The notes: generated by a model not told the origin, from the sequence alone. Positions 11,126 through 20,829 are shown, counted from the stretch's first letter. The stretch is 64,000 nucleotides of DNA from Alphaproteobacteria bacterium (GCA_965214705.1 CBDCCI010000001.1:1-64000); one strand, 5' to 3'. Numbers and translations: made by a program.

Positions 11126-12937
11126 TCATGCGCGGCCGTCCTCGCACAACGCCTCTTCCACGGCGCTCCAGAGGTCGAGGAAAGCGTCTGGCACAATGCG
11201 GCGGCCTTCCTCGGTGCTGCGGAAGTCCTCGATTAGGCGGCGCACGGGTTCCAGCCGCTCGGGATCGCGTGAGGCGGTGCGAACGAGGCTCTCAAGAAGG
11301 GTCTCGTCACCCGGCACGTCGGACCAAGGTGCTCCATCGCCGTTCGCATTCCGGCCGTGCGCCCAGTCGATCATTCCGTCGAGGCCGCCCAGCAGCGCGC
11401 GGAGAAAGGCCATGAAGCGCTCTGCATCGCCGATCAGGCTTCTGAGGACATGGTGCAGGCGGTCTTCAGGCATGCCCTCGACGGGGAGGCTGAGCGTGAG
11501 GGCGATGTCGTCGATCCCCGGCACGGAAACATGCAGACGGAAGGCAACGAGCCGAGTAAGACGCTCAATCGGCAGGGTCCAGACCAAGGGGAGTTCGAGC
11601 GGGAGCGCCTGTTCCTCGGCCAACGAGATCGGCCACGCCTTGACATCCACATCGGGCGTCGGGTCGGGGAGCGAACCTTCGAGGCTCCAATTCCAGTTAG
11701 GGTCCGACGGTGAGCAGACAACTGTGAGATCGGCGTCGAGAAGCGCATCCCGCGTGGCCTCAATGCGCTCCAGCGCCTCCGCCATCTCGGCCGACTCGGT
11801 CTCGGGCTCGCCGCGCCGGTATGGCTCGCAGAGTGCCTCGAAGCCGGACTCGAGGAAGCGCCCAATTCCGTATCCGCTGTTGCCGTTGCGGCGACCCTTG
11901 CGGGCGCTCAGGGCGGCCATGACCTCGACGTTCCTGCCGGAGAGCGCGGCAGAGGTCAGGTTCGCGGACCCTACCAGCCATGTGACGTCCCAGCCGTGCT
12001 CTACCGCAATGAACTTGGCATGCAGCCCGGAAGGTCTGCTGGCGTTCTCGTCCTCCATCTCGTCGAGAGCGACATCCGAGATCACGCAGACGCGATTCCA
12101 GCCTGCCAGCACGCTGTCGGGCAGCTTGTCCAGCTCTTCCCGGGAGCTGACCAGCATGCGCTGGCCCTCGCCCATCCCGGCGACCGAATTCAGCGCCGTA
12201 CTTCCGACGAAGGGAGCAACAGCGATCATGTCGTATCCGTCGGAAATGGGCTGCCACAACCGACCGATTGCCTCTCGCCCGCCGATGCCAAGGACATGGA
12301 ACTCGATGGGGTCGTCGAAGAACCCGTCGGGCGCCGCGAAACCGGTTCGCGCGACCTCCTCGGCCAGGACCTGGACCTTGTCGACGACGGAAGGGGACGG
12401 CGATTCCTCGCACAGGGCGGGGAGGTGCCTGATCAGCTCGGCAAGTGGGCGGCTTCCTGGAGTCTGCCGCCTGGGCTTGGGTGACCCTTCGCTCGCCAGT
12501 GCGATGTCCCAGGAACGGTCGAATGTGAGGTTCCGCGACAGGACGGCGACACGTATCAGAGGCGCTCCGTCTTCAGACATGAAGCGCAGCACCCAGACCT
12601 TGGGGTGGAACGCCCCGCGGCCTGGCGCGTGCACGGGATGCACGCTCGGTTCCAGCATCGCATAGAGCTCACGCCTCTGGCGGGGAATGGCGATACCGGC
12701 CCGATCCACGAAGACGTGGATTCGTTCGCCCGCCCGGCGCAACGCCTCGAGAAGGAGAAGGGGATCTGCGAGCAGTTCCTCCAGCCTGTTGTCCGCCCGC
12801 GCGACAAGACCCAAAGGCAACGCGAGCAACGCCTCCAGATCGAGGGTGTAGGTCGTCAGTAAGGCGAAATCGAGGTCGTAGCCGGCCGGCGGGCGAAGCA
12901 GATCGAAGGCGACGGTTCTGGAGTCGGGTGAGAGCAT
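11126..12937 (-). CDS. Phospholipase-D-family nuclease (two HxK motifs) of the Azaca-like operon
   Basis: FHPKVWVL and LHAKF...GSANLT; start/stop overlaps with both neighbours. Confidence 0.85.
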   Translation of the reverse strand: MLSPDSRTVAFDLLRPPAGYDLDFALLTTYTLDLEALLALPLGLVARADNRLEELLADPLLLLEALRRAGERIHVFVDRAGIAIPRQRRELYAMLEPSVHPVHAPGRGAFHPKVWVLRFMSEDGAPLIRVAVLSRNLTFDRSWDIALASEGSPKPRRQTPGSRPLAELIRHLPALCEESPSPSVVDKVQVLAEEVARTGFAAPDGFFDDPIEFHVLGIGGREAIGRLWQPISDGYDMIAVAPFVGSTALNSVAGMGEGQRMLVSSREELDKLPDSVLAGWNRVCVISDVALDEMEDENASRPSGLHAKFIAVEHGWDVTWLVGSANLTSAALSGRNVEVMAALSARKGRRNGNSGYGIGRFLESGFEALCEPYRRGEPETESAEMAEALERIEATRDALLDADLTVVCSPSDPNWNWSLEGSLPDPTPDVDVKAWPISLAEEQALPLELPLVWTLPIERLTRLVAFRLHVSVPGIDDIALTLSLPVEGMPEDRLHHVLRSLIGDAERFMAFLRALLGGLDGMIDWAHGRNANGDGAPWSDVPGDETLLESLVRTASRDPERLEPVRRLIEDFRSTEEGRRIVPDAFLDLWSAVEEALCEDGRA

Positions 12938-14005
12938 CAGGCCGCAAGCCCTCCGTGTAGGTCGAGCAGCATCCGGCTGACACGATGCCAGCGGAAGTTC
13001 ATCCGCCCGACTCCGACCCGTCCGCTCCAATCGAGGAGACGAGCGGGGTTGTGAAGCCTCGCCCGCGACCCCTTGAGCTGTTGTTCCCGATTCTCGATCA
13101 AATCACGCAGTGTGGGATCGTCTGCGATCGCAGTCGGCCCGACTTCGGGAAGGCGCGTCGACCAGGCCTCGACGAATGGGCGCTGCAAACGGGGAACATG
13201 GACGTGGCGGGATCGGGCGAAGGTCCAAAGTCTGGCCGGATCGAATGACTCCTCATCGGCTTCCTGAGCCGCCCATTCGTCGATTTCCTGCCTGTACCGT
13301 TCGACCGCTTCGTCGTCGCCGCCATGTTCGGAAAGGAATCGCTCGGCCAGTAACAGATTGTAGAGCAGCGGCATGCCCTCAACGTGGAGAGAGAAACGGC
13401 GGGCGAGTTCTATCGTGACCGTGAAATCAGCATGGGCGTGCGTCGCGGCGCTGTCATCCCAGAAGCAGCCGTCCGACCTCGCATCCGATCCCTCTCGAGC
13501 CATCCATGCGAGCAGCGAGCCTGCACAGCGCTCCTCCAGCCGTCCCTGAAGAAAGGCCGCCTCCTCTCGAGTCAGGTCGAAGGAAGCCTCATGGGGAAAC
13601 TCCGGCGGGGGAGCGGGCAACCGGGGATGCCAGTTCGGCTGGCGGGTCTGGACAATGCCCGGGTCGTCCGCGGTTTCCTGCGCGCCGCCGCTGCGCAGGA
13701 GGCCCGTAAAGTGGGTGTGGTACCAGCCTTGGGGCCGCTCATGCAGAAACAGGCCCCAGCGGACGAGCGCGGTCCAGTAGACCGAGCTGGGCTGCCGGGC
13801 CAGCGATCCGCGCGCGCGTTCGCCGATCACACCCTGGGATTTGCCGTTCTTGAGGAGCGGCCCAATAAGGTCGAGTTCGGCCTTCCGCAGCTGCGTTGAA
13901 ACGTCGGAGGCGGTGGTTCTCCAAGCTTCAAGCTGACGGTATATCCACGGAACGAACAGCACGTAACGCAATCGCGTCTGGATCGTAGAGGTTCCGGGAA
14001 AGGTT

Positions 14006-14047
14006 AAGGGTTGGGCAGGCTCTCTCTCGAGAGCCTGCCCAACCCTT
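14006..14047. repeat. Perfect 19-bp stem, 4-nt loop hairpin at the element end
   Basis: AAGGGTTGGGCAGGCTCTC-TCTC-GAGAGCCTGCCCAACCCTT; also at 60054-60095. Confidence 0.95.
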
Positions 14048-14309
14048 TTGAACGAAGCCGCGGGCCACGAGAGGCGAAGTTGAGCTATGTGGAAAGTGCG
14101 CTGATGTCAGCGTCAGGCGGCATCCACCGGCAGCAGAGTTGCGCATAAAATCGACGCTCGCGCCGGTCTTTCGGCAGGCATGCGGGCGCACGCTGCGAGG
14201 ACTGAGCGGGGTGTGAGCCGAGGGCTGTCAGCCCGGCTCAAGCGGAGACAGGTTCGGTCGTGCGTCGGCGCTTTGGCGCCGTTGCGCGGGGCCGAAGCGA
14301 GCGGCCGTC

Positions 14310-15548
14310 TCACGGTTTCCCCCTGTGGGTCGGCGGCAGCGCCGGCGGGCCGCGCGTCGAGCGGGGCTCATGGCGGCGGCGGATTTCGCGGACGAGGCGC
14401 ATGACGCCGCCGCAGTGGGGGCAGGCCACGGGCGCGGTGCCGATCTCGGGCTCTTCGTCGGGCTCGGCCTGAGCGCCGTCCACGCTTCCCTCGGGGGCGG
14501 CGCAGCCGAGGGCGCCGAGAGCCTGGCGTGCTCTCTCCAGCGTGCTGGCGCGGCAGCCGTTGGCGAGGATGCCGAAGTAGCGAATGCGGTGCATGCCGTC
14601 CGGCAGGACGTGCCTCAGGAAGCGGCGGATGAACTCGTCGGCGCTCACGGTGGCGATGCCGTAGCGCGGCTTTCTCTGCCCCGGCGCCTTGGGCTTTCGG
14701 TGGCGGAAGGAGACCGTCTCGCCGTCGAAGGAGACGATGCGGCTGTCGGAGATGGCGATCCTGTGCGTGTAGTGCGAGAGGTACCGGAAGACCTGCTCAG
14801 GCCCGCGGAAGGGCCGCTTGGCGTAGACCACCCAGTCCCTGGCCCGGGCGGCGGCAAGCGTGGCGTGGAACTCGCCGGGATTGGCGAGGTGGGCGAGGGT
14901 GCCGTGGAACTCCAGGTCCCCCCGGCCGTGGGCGCGGGCGAGCTCCTTGAGGAAGAGGCGGCGGAACAGGCTGCCGAGGACCTTGACGGGGGCGAGGAAG
15001 GTGGTGCTCCCCGTCTTCCACTCGCCACTGTCTACGTCGAAGCCCGCGTTGGGCACGACCACGTGCAGGTGCGGGTGGAAGCGGAGCTTCTGATCCCAGG
15101 TATGGAGGACCGCGGTGCCGCCGATGCGCATGCCGCCGTGGCGGGGATCGGCGGCGATGGTGCGCAGGGTCTCGGCGACGGCCCGGAAGAGGATGTCGAA
15201 CACCACCCTGCGGTTGCAGAAGGCAATGGCGGCAACCTCCTTGGGCAGGGTGAAGACCACATGGAAGTAGGGCACCGGCAGGATGTCCCCGGCGCGCTCC
15301 TCGCTCCAGAGGTTGGCGGCGAGACCCTGGCAGGTGGGGCAGTGGCGGTTGCGGCAGGAGAAGAGCGGATGCTCGCGCCCGCAGCCCTCGCAGGCGTACA
15401 TGTGGCCGCCGAGCACGGCGGTGCGGCACGCCTCGATGGCGCCCATGACCTTGAGCCGGGCGGCGTCGATGCGCCCTTTGTGGCGCTCACGGAAAGCGGC
15501 GCCGGCGCGGCGGAAGATCTCCGCCACGCCCGCGCGTTCGGCCTCCAC
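14310..15548 (-). CDS. IS91-like rolling-circle transposase (Zn-binding + Y2_Tnp)
   Basis: CRT...CEGC...SCRNRHCPTC, HVVFTLP, LHTW...HPHLH (HUH), YLSHY (YxxxY). Confidence 0.92.
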   Translation of the reverse strand: MEAERAGVAEIFRRAGAAFRERHKGRIDAARLKVMGAIEACRTAVLGGHMYACEGCGREHPLFSCRNRHCPTCQGLAANLWSEERAGDILPVPYFHVVFTLPKEVAAIAFCNRRVVFDILFRAVAETLRTIAADPRHGGMRIGGTAVLHTWDQKLRFHPHLHVVVPNAGFDVDSGEWKTGSTTFLAPVKVLGSLFRRLFLKELARAHGRGDLEFHGTLAHLANPGEFHATLAAARARDWVVYAKRPFRGPEQVFRYLSHYTHRIAISDSRIVSFDGETVSFRHRKPKAPGQRKPRYGIATVSADEFIRRFLRHVLPDGMHRIRYFGILANGCRASTLERARQALGALGCAAPEGSVDGAQAEPDEEPEIGTAPVACPHCGGVMRLVREIRRRHEPRSTRGPPALPPTHRGKP

Positions 15549-15554
15549 GCGCCG

Positions 15555-16433
15555 TCAGTTGCGCAACGCTGCGAAGCCTGAGATCGGGTGGTCGAGGCCC
15601 TCGAACATCTTGCCGGTGACGCGGGCGTAGTGACGGGTCGTGTTCGCGCTTCGATGGCCGAGCATGTCCCGGATCACCTCGATATCGCCGCCGCGCTCGA
15701 GGAGATGGGTCGCCGCCGAATGGCGCAGGCAATGGAAGGTGTAGCTGCGGTCGAGCTCGGCAATGTCGCGCGCCCTCCTGAAGGCGGCCTGCAAGGTCTC
15801 CGTTGCGATGGGCCTGTCGAGCGAGACGCCGTAGAAGAGCCAGCTCGTCGGACGCGGCCAGATGTTCCTGTAGTAGACGCGCAAGTAGTGGATGACGATG
15901 TCCGGCAACGGTGCCATTCTCTCGGTGCCGCCTTTGCCGGAGGGGATGTGCAGCAGCTTCTTCTCCGACAGGATGTCGCCGACCTTGATGGCCAAGGTCT
16001 CGGAGATGCGGAGCCCGCCGCCATAGCCGGTGACAATGGCAGCACGGTGGCGGAGGTCGGGTGTCGCAAGGATGAGGTGCTCGACCTCCTGCTCCGACAT
16101 GTAGCGCGGCAGCTTGCCGGGCTTCTTGCGGGAGCGCAGGCCGGCGACATGGTCAGGCCAGCCGAGTGTGTCGATGTAGAGGAAGTTCAGCGCGGCGAAG
16201 GAGACGTTGGTCGTGCCCGGACTGAGCCCCTTGTCGATCCGCCCCAGGTACCACTGGCGCACCTGCTCGGCGTCGAGCTCGTCCGGCGAGGCGTCGTAGT
16301 ACCTGGCCAGGTTCTTGATCTCGCAGATGTAGGCCTTGGACGTGCTCGCGGCCAGATTGGCGATGCGGAGCTGCTCCTCCATGCGCTGGCGAAGAGGGGT
16401 GACGGTGTTCGTGTCGCACGCGGTCCCGGTCAT
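15555..16433 (-). CDS. Tyrosine recombinase (XerD/IntI-like)
   Basis: GLRISE, GKGG, HCLRHSAATHLLE, LGH, TTRHY: full catalytic set. Confidence 0.92.
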   Translation of the reverse strand: MTGTACDTNTVTPLRQRMEEQLRIANLAASTSKAYICEIKNLARYYDASPDELDAEQVRQWYLGRIDKGLSPGTTNVSFAALNFLYIDTLGWPDHVAGLRSRKKPGKLPRYMSEQEVEHLILATPDLRHRAAIVTGYGGGLRISETLAIKVGDILSEKKLLHIPSGKGGTERMAPLPDIVIHYLRVYYRNIWPRPTSWLFYGVSLDRPIATETLQAAFRRARDIAELDRSYTFHCLRHSAATHLLERGGDIEVIRDMLGHRSANTTRHYARVTGKMFEGLDHPISGFAALRN

Positions 16434-16931
16434 TATCGATCTCCCTGGATCGCGACGGCGCGCCGCCGGACCGATCCGGCGACGGTCCGTCGCAGGGGTC
16501 GATGCTAACCACTGGTGATCGGGAGGCTGCTGGGGATCCGCCACCCGACGGGCGGAGCGCCACTGACGCAACCGGGAAGCGAACGCACAGAACAAACGGC
16601 ACCCGCGACGCCTCGGAAATGAATGAACTCTACGCCGCTAACTCCGCGTAGCGGCTTCGTTCAAGAGAGCTTCGGAGAGCGCGTCGCGCAGACTGCCGAG
16701 GCCCATCTCGTCGACGGTTCCCTGTTCATTGAAGAGATCCAAGACCTGCCGCATCCTGTCCCGGTCGCTCGCCGTCAAGTCGAGCCAAGTCAGTGTTGCG
16801 CCCATGCCCCTCTATCCGCCAAAGTGAAGGTGAGATGTGGTTCGTTGATGAAGTGATCGAAGTGTAGCTGTCACATATTGAGCATGCGCGCTTCCGGGGG
16901 CAATGTTTCACGCCCGATTACACCTACACCT

Positions 16932-19900
16932 CTAGCCTCTGCGCGCAACCGAATAGACGGTGCCTGAGGTCACAGCGACGACCATGCCGCGTTCTGCGCC
17001 GGTCATGTCGAGGTAGGCGCGCACCTGGGCGCGGTAGTGCTCGAGGGTCTCGGGCGTGGGGTCCACGTCGCTCTTCCAGTCGATCACCACCTGCGGCGCA
17101 CCGTCTGCATCGAAGGCGATGGCGTCGACGATTCCTGCCGCCGCTTCCTCGTGGCTGTCGGTCTCGGTGGAGGCGTAGACCGGGAGTTCCGGCACGAGCC
17201 CCGGCCGGAGGGCAGCGACCTCGGGTAGCGCGAGGGCCCGGAGGACACAGCCGGCAAGCTCGGCCGGGGCCAGACCCTGCGCAGGGTCATCCTCCACGGG
17301 TAGGCCCAAGGCGCGGATAAGAATTTCGGCGCGAGCGGCGAGGTCCGTCTCCTCCTCAACCGTCTCGCCGGTGAGGACCTCCTCGATCAGCTTGTGCAGG
17401 ATGGTTCCGCGCTCGCGCCCGCCCTGGATCCCGGCGGTGGCGGCGCCATCCGCTGGCGCGCCGTCGCCGTCGGTCGCGAGGATCGTTGGCGCTTCCTCCC
17501 GCAACACCGGCTGGGCGCTGTCCTCGTCCCGGCTGGGTGCACGCCAGACGATGCGGAGCGTGCGCTCGGCAATCGCGGCGGCCTCGGCGGCGAAGGACTC
17601 GCGCGTCTGCGCATTCTCCGCCGAAGGCTCGCCCGTATCCATCTCGGGCGGAAGCTGCTCCAGGGCGAGAGCGGGCAGCGCGTCCAATCCCAGATCGACG
17701 ACCGAGAGCCAGGCCGCGCCGGCGGCGGCGACATCGAGCCTGGATAGGACGAGAAGCTCGCGGGCCCGCGTGGCGGCGACGTACCAGAGGCGCACCCGCT
17801 CGCGGTCGAGTTCTTCCCCTTCGTCGCGACGGGCCGCTTCGTGGCCCGTCGGCGCCACGCCGAACACGGGGCAGTAGAAGCGCCCGCTGGCGCGGTCGGT
17901 GACGGCGCTCCCCGCCGACCTCACCCGTGTCATGGTGTTGGTGGGCACGACGATGGGCCATTCGAGCCCCTTGGCGGCGTGCATGGTGTAGAGCGCAACC
18001 GCGTCCTCCTGGGCGTCGGGCCTGCCTTCCACGGCGCGGGCCTCGTCGCTCCAGGCGGCCGTCATCGCCTCGGCGAAGGCGCGCAGGCCCCGCACCGCGT
18101 AGGCGCGGCTGAAGCTGAGGTAGAGGTCGACGTTGGCAAGGGCTCGCTCCGCCTGGCCGCGATGACGTCTGAGCAGAATCGGCCGGACCCGCAGCACGTC
18201 GACGGCCTGGGAGAGCAACGCGTGGGGCGTGGTCGCGTTTACCTGGCGGCACAGCGCTTGAAGCTTCTCGACTATGTCCCTGGCGTGCGCGTGTGCGATC
18301 GCCTCCGGCGCCACGCTGAGATCGAGCCGGGGCAGCCTGTCGGGATCGTCGTCAGTGCGCGGCAACGCCCAGACGATGTCGAGCAGCTCCTCCTCGCTCA
18401 GTCCCACCAGCGGCCCGCGCAGCAGCGCGCCGAGGGCGAGCGTGTCGCGCCGGTCGGCGAGCACGCGGGTCACGGCGATGAGGTCCTGGATCTCCTGACG
18501 CCGGTAGAGGCCCTTGCCGGCCTGCGTGGCGACGGGGATGCCGCGCTGCTCCAGCGCCTCCTCGTAGCGCCAGAGCTCGCTCCCGGTCGGCGGCGCCAGC
18601 AGGGCGATGTCGCCGGCCCTGCACGGGCGCTCTCCGCCGTTCTCGTGGTCACGAATTTGCTCGCTGCCGATCATGCGAGCGCACATGTCGGCGACTGCCT
18701 CGGCCTCACCATCCCGTTGTTGCGCAGCGGATGCCTTGCCGTTCTCGTCGGCCACTTCAATGTCCAGGGCGGCGACAGACGGTCCCTCGGCCCGCGCAGG
18801 CTGGAATGGATCGAGGGCCTGGAAGCCGGGCTGCCCCTTTTCCTCCGAGAGCGGCGCCTCGAAGCGTGCGTTCACGTAATCCATGATCGGCGCGCAGGAG
18901 CGGAAGTTGGTGGCGATGGAGAGCACGCCCTCCGCCGCTTGCGCGCGGAATGCCTCCCGTGCGGTGACGTAGGCTGCGATGTCGGCGCCGCGGAAGCGGT
19001 AGATCGCCTGCTTGGGATCGCCCACGAGGAAGAGCGCGCCCGGCCGAAGCACGAATGCTGTCCAATCGCCATCGTCTCCGTCTGTCGGCGGCTCGCCGCA
19101 GAGGCGCCAGAAGATTTCGGTCTGGAGCGGGTCGGTGTCCTGGAACTCGTCGACGAGGACGTGGCGGTAGCGTACGGCCAGCGCGCGGCGAACATCGTCG
19201 TGATCGCGCAGGAGATCGCGCGCCGAGAATATCAGGTCGTCGAAGTCGAGCAGCGCCGCCGCGCGCTTATGTTCCCGGAAGCGCGCCATGACCGGCTCGA
19301 CCAGGGGAACGAGATCGGCAAGAACATGAGTGGCGACAGCCCCGTGAAACGCCGTCCACGTCGCGCAGCAAAGAGCGTAGAGAGCGCTGGCCGCATCGTT
19401 CAGGCGATCCGCATCGGCTTTGGCCAGACCCGTACGTTTTGCAGCAGCGCCCCACTTTCCCTTCTTACGATACGAACGAAAGGAGCCTGATCCAGTGAAG
19501 AGGTCGTCGTGGGGCGCCGTGACCAGCAGCCGGACGAGTCGGTCAGGCGTCTCGGCCGGAAGCGCCTCTTCGATCTCTTCGGCCAACTCGTGGAAGCGGC
19601 CGGCGATGGCGGCGGTCTCGGGCTCCTCGGCGTCTTCACTGGCCAGGAATTCGTCGAAGGCTTCCACCGCTTCTCTAAACGCGGTCGCCAATTGAGCTAT
19701 GTCTTTCCGCTCATAGGGGGCGAAGGCCCGGTGACGGCGGAGATGATCGAGGACGGTGCGAATCAGCGTCACCGTCTGGTCGGGATCGTGGAGGACCAGC
19801 TCGGCCAGCAGGCCACCGGCCTCGCCGGCCAGCTCCTCCCGCAGCCAGGTGTCGATAAGCTCGTGGAAGACGAGATCCGCCTGGTCTCGGTCCATCACGC

Positions 19901-20324
19901 CGGCACCCGGGTCGATGTCGGCTTCCACCGGATAGGGCGTGATGAGGCGCTGGCAGAAGCCGTGGATGGTCGAGCAGGTCATCTCGTCGAGCGCCGCGTC
20001 CGCCGCCGCGAGTTTGCGCCGCTGCTCGTCCGAGAGCCCCCCCGGCAAGGCGACGCGAAGCTCGATCGGGATGTCGCCGGCTATGAGCGCGCCCACAAAG
20101 GCCCGCACCCGGATCAGCAGCTCGCTCGCCGCGAACTCGGTGAAGGTCACGGCGGCGATGGACTTGGGCGTCGCACCGCCTGCCAGCAACATGGCGATAC
20201 GGCCGGCCATGACAGCGGTCTTGCCCGAGCCCGCCCCAGCCTCGACGAGGAAGGAGCGGTCGTGGACCGCGATGGCGTCCCGCCGGGCGGCATCGTCGGA
20301 GAGGGTGCGTCGCCGGGCCACCAT
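16932..20324 (-). CDS. UvrD/AddA-like helicase with C-terminal PD-(D/E)xK nuclease
   Basis: EAGAGSGKT, LVDEFQDTD, VGDPKQAIYRFRGAD, TMHAAKGLEW, YVAATRAR, GIVD...VIDWKSD. Confidence 0.9.
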   Translation of the reverse strand: MVARRRTLSDDAARRDAIAVHDRSFLVEAGAGSGKTAVMAGRIAMLLAGGATPKSIAAVTFTEFAASELLIRVRAFVGALIAGDIPIELRVALPGGLSDEQRRKLAAADAALDEMTCSTIHGFCQRLITPYPVEADIDPGAGVMDRDQADLVFHELIDTWLREELAGEAGGLLAELVLHDPDQTVTLIRTVLDHLRRHRAFAPYERKDIAQLATAFREAVEAFDEFLASEDAEEPETAAIAGRFHELAEEIEEALPAETPDRLVRLLVTAPHDDLFTGSGSFRSYRKKGKWGAAAKRTGLAKADADRLNDAASALYALCCATWTAFHGAVATHVLADLVPLVEPVMARFREHKRAAALLDFDDLIFSARDLLRDHDDVRRALAVRYRHVLVDEFQDTDPLQTEIFWRLCGEPPTDGDDGDWTAFVLRPGALFLVGDPKQAIYRFRGADIAAYVTAREAFRAQAAEGVLSIATNFRSCAPIMDYVNARFEAPLSEEKGQPGFQALDPFQPARAEGPSVAALDIEVADENGKASAAQQRDGEAEAVADMCARMIGSEQIRDHENGGERPCRAGDIALLAPPTGSELWRYEEALEQRGIPVATQAGKGLYRRQEIQDLIAVTRVLADRRDTLALGALLRGPLVGLSEEELLDIVWALPRTDDDPDRLPRLDLSVAPEAIAHAHARDIVEKLQALCRQVNATTPHALLSQAVDVLRVRPILLRRHRGQAERALANVDLYLSFSRAYAVRGLRAFAEAMTAAWSDEARAVEGRPDAQEDAVALYTMHAAKGLEWPIVVPTNTMTRVRSAGSAVTDRASGRFYCPVFGVAPTGHEAARRDEGEELDRERVRLWYVAATRARELLVLSRLDVAAAGAAWLSVVDLGLDALPALALEQLPPEMDTGEPSAENAQTRESFAAEAAAIAERTLRIVWRAPSRDEDSAQPVLREEAPTILATDGDGAPADGAATAGIQGGRERGTILHKLIEEVLTGETVEEETDLAARAEILIRALGLPVEDDPAQGLAPAELAGCVLRALALPEVAALRPGLVPELPVYASTETDSHEEAAAGIVDAIAFDADGAPQVVIDWKSDVDPTPETLEHYRAQVRAYLDMTGAERGMVVAVTSGTVYSVARRG

Positions 20325-20657
20325 CACGCGGCGTCCCAGATCTGCGCGGCATCCCCCAGCAGCGCGGTGGCGGCGGCCTCCTTGCGCGGGCGGTAGATGG
20401 CACCGGCGTTGGCCGGGAGTGCGAAGGCGAGTTCGTCGTAGCCCCCGCCGGTGTCCGCGCCCATCACCGCGCCGCCGGAAACGAGATTGGCGCGCGCCGC
20501 CTGCAGGTGGCCGGTGAGCGTGCTGAGCACGGCATCGGGGTCGTCGAGCCGCAGGTCCAGCTCGTCGCGCGGATAGAGGAGCGATGCCGCGATGGCCACC
20601 TTCTTGCCCAGCAACGCCTTGACGGCGAAAGCGTAGAGGCAGCGCTGAAGCTCCCGG
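20324..20657 (-). pseudogene. C-terminal remnant of an AddB-like PD-(D/E)xK protein, truncated by IS21
   Basis: ELQRCLYAFAVKALLG...; stop overlaps the helicase start; cut at the IS21 end. Confidence 0.6.
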
Positions 20658-20759
20658 TGTAGGTGGCTGCGGAGAAGTGCGCTTATTTGGTGAATTCGTC
20701 ACCAGGGTAGGGTGACGCTGTAGCAGCCAGGTTGGCGGTTGGATGCGTGCCTCGGCGGA

Positions 20760-20829
20760 GCTGTGGGTAAATCGGCTTGCCGCAGCGACCGCCCTCGAGT
20801 CTGGCAAGGCAAGCCGATTTATCCACAGC
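20760..20829. promoter_or_regulatory. 22-bp inverted repeat with DnaA-box-like arms
   Basis: GCTGTGGGTAAATCGGCTTGCC / GGCAAGCCGATTTATCCACAGC; perfect TTATCCACA at 20819-20827. Confidence 0.7.

Larger units (their letters stand above)
5181..11129 (-). pseudogene. SF2 helicase of a DUF6361-PLD-helicase (Azaca-like) defence operon, split by IS66
   Basis: N-part has LVADEVGLGKT; C-part has LDEFQ, SATP, TSIGQEGLDFH and LEQREGRVHRY; removing the IS and one GATGAAAC copy restores one frame of about 1062 aa. Confidence 0.85.
14000..16664 (-). mobile_element. Tyrosine recombinase + IS91-like (Y2 HUH) transposase element, copy 1
   Basis: Near-identical inverted copy at 55784-62199; both ends defined by restoring the host gene; (C)TT shared at both junctions. 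Confidence 0.9.
12937..16805 (-). pseudogene. DUF6361-family protein split by the integrase/IS91-like element
   Basis: N-part MGATLTWLDL...DEMGLGSLRDALSEALF (16805-16663) joins PGTSTIQTRLRYVLFVPW (13999 downward) in frame. Confidence 0.8.

Noticed and set aside
9741-12665. 974-aa plus-strand ORF and similar long ORFs (27712-29841, 43950-46916, 32810-34639)
   Set aside because: Antisense shadows of real genes in high-GC DNA; no motifs
15555-16433. Integron integrase with a cassette array
   Set aside because: No IntI-specific insertion evident, no attC array, and it moves with the IS91-like gene
16921-16930. CACCTACACC as an inverted partner of the IS21 end GGTGTAGGTG (20656)
   Set aside because: Only 10 bp, with no extension or target duplication; compatible with chance
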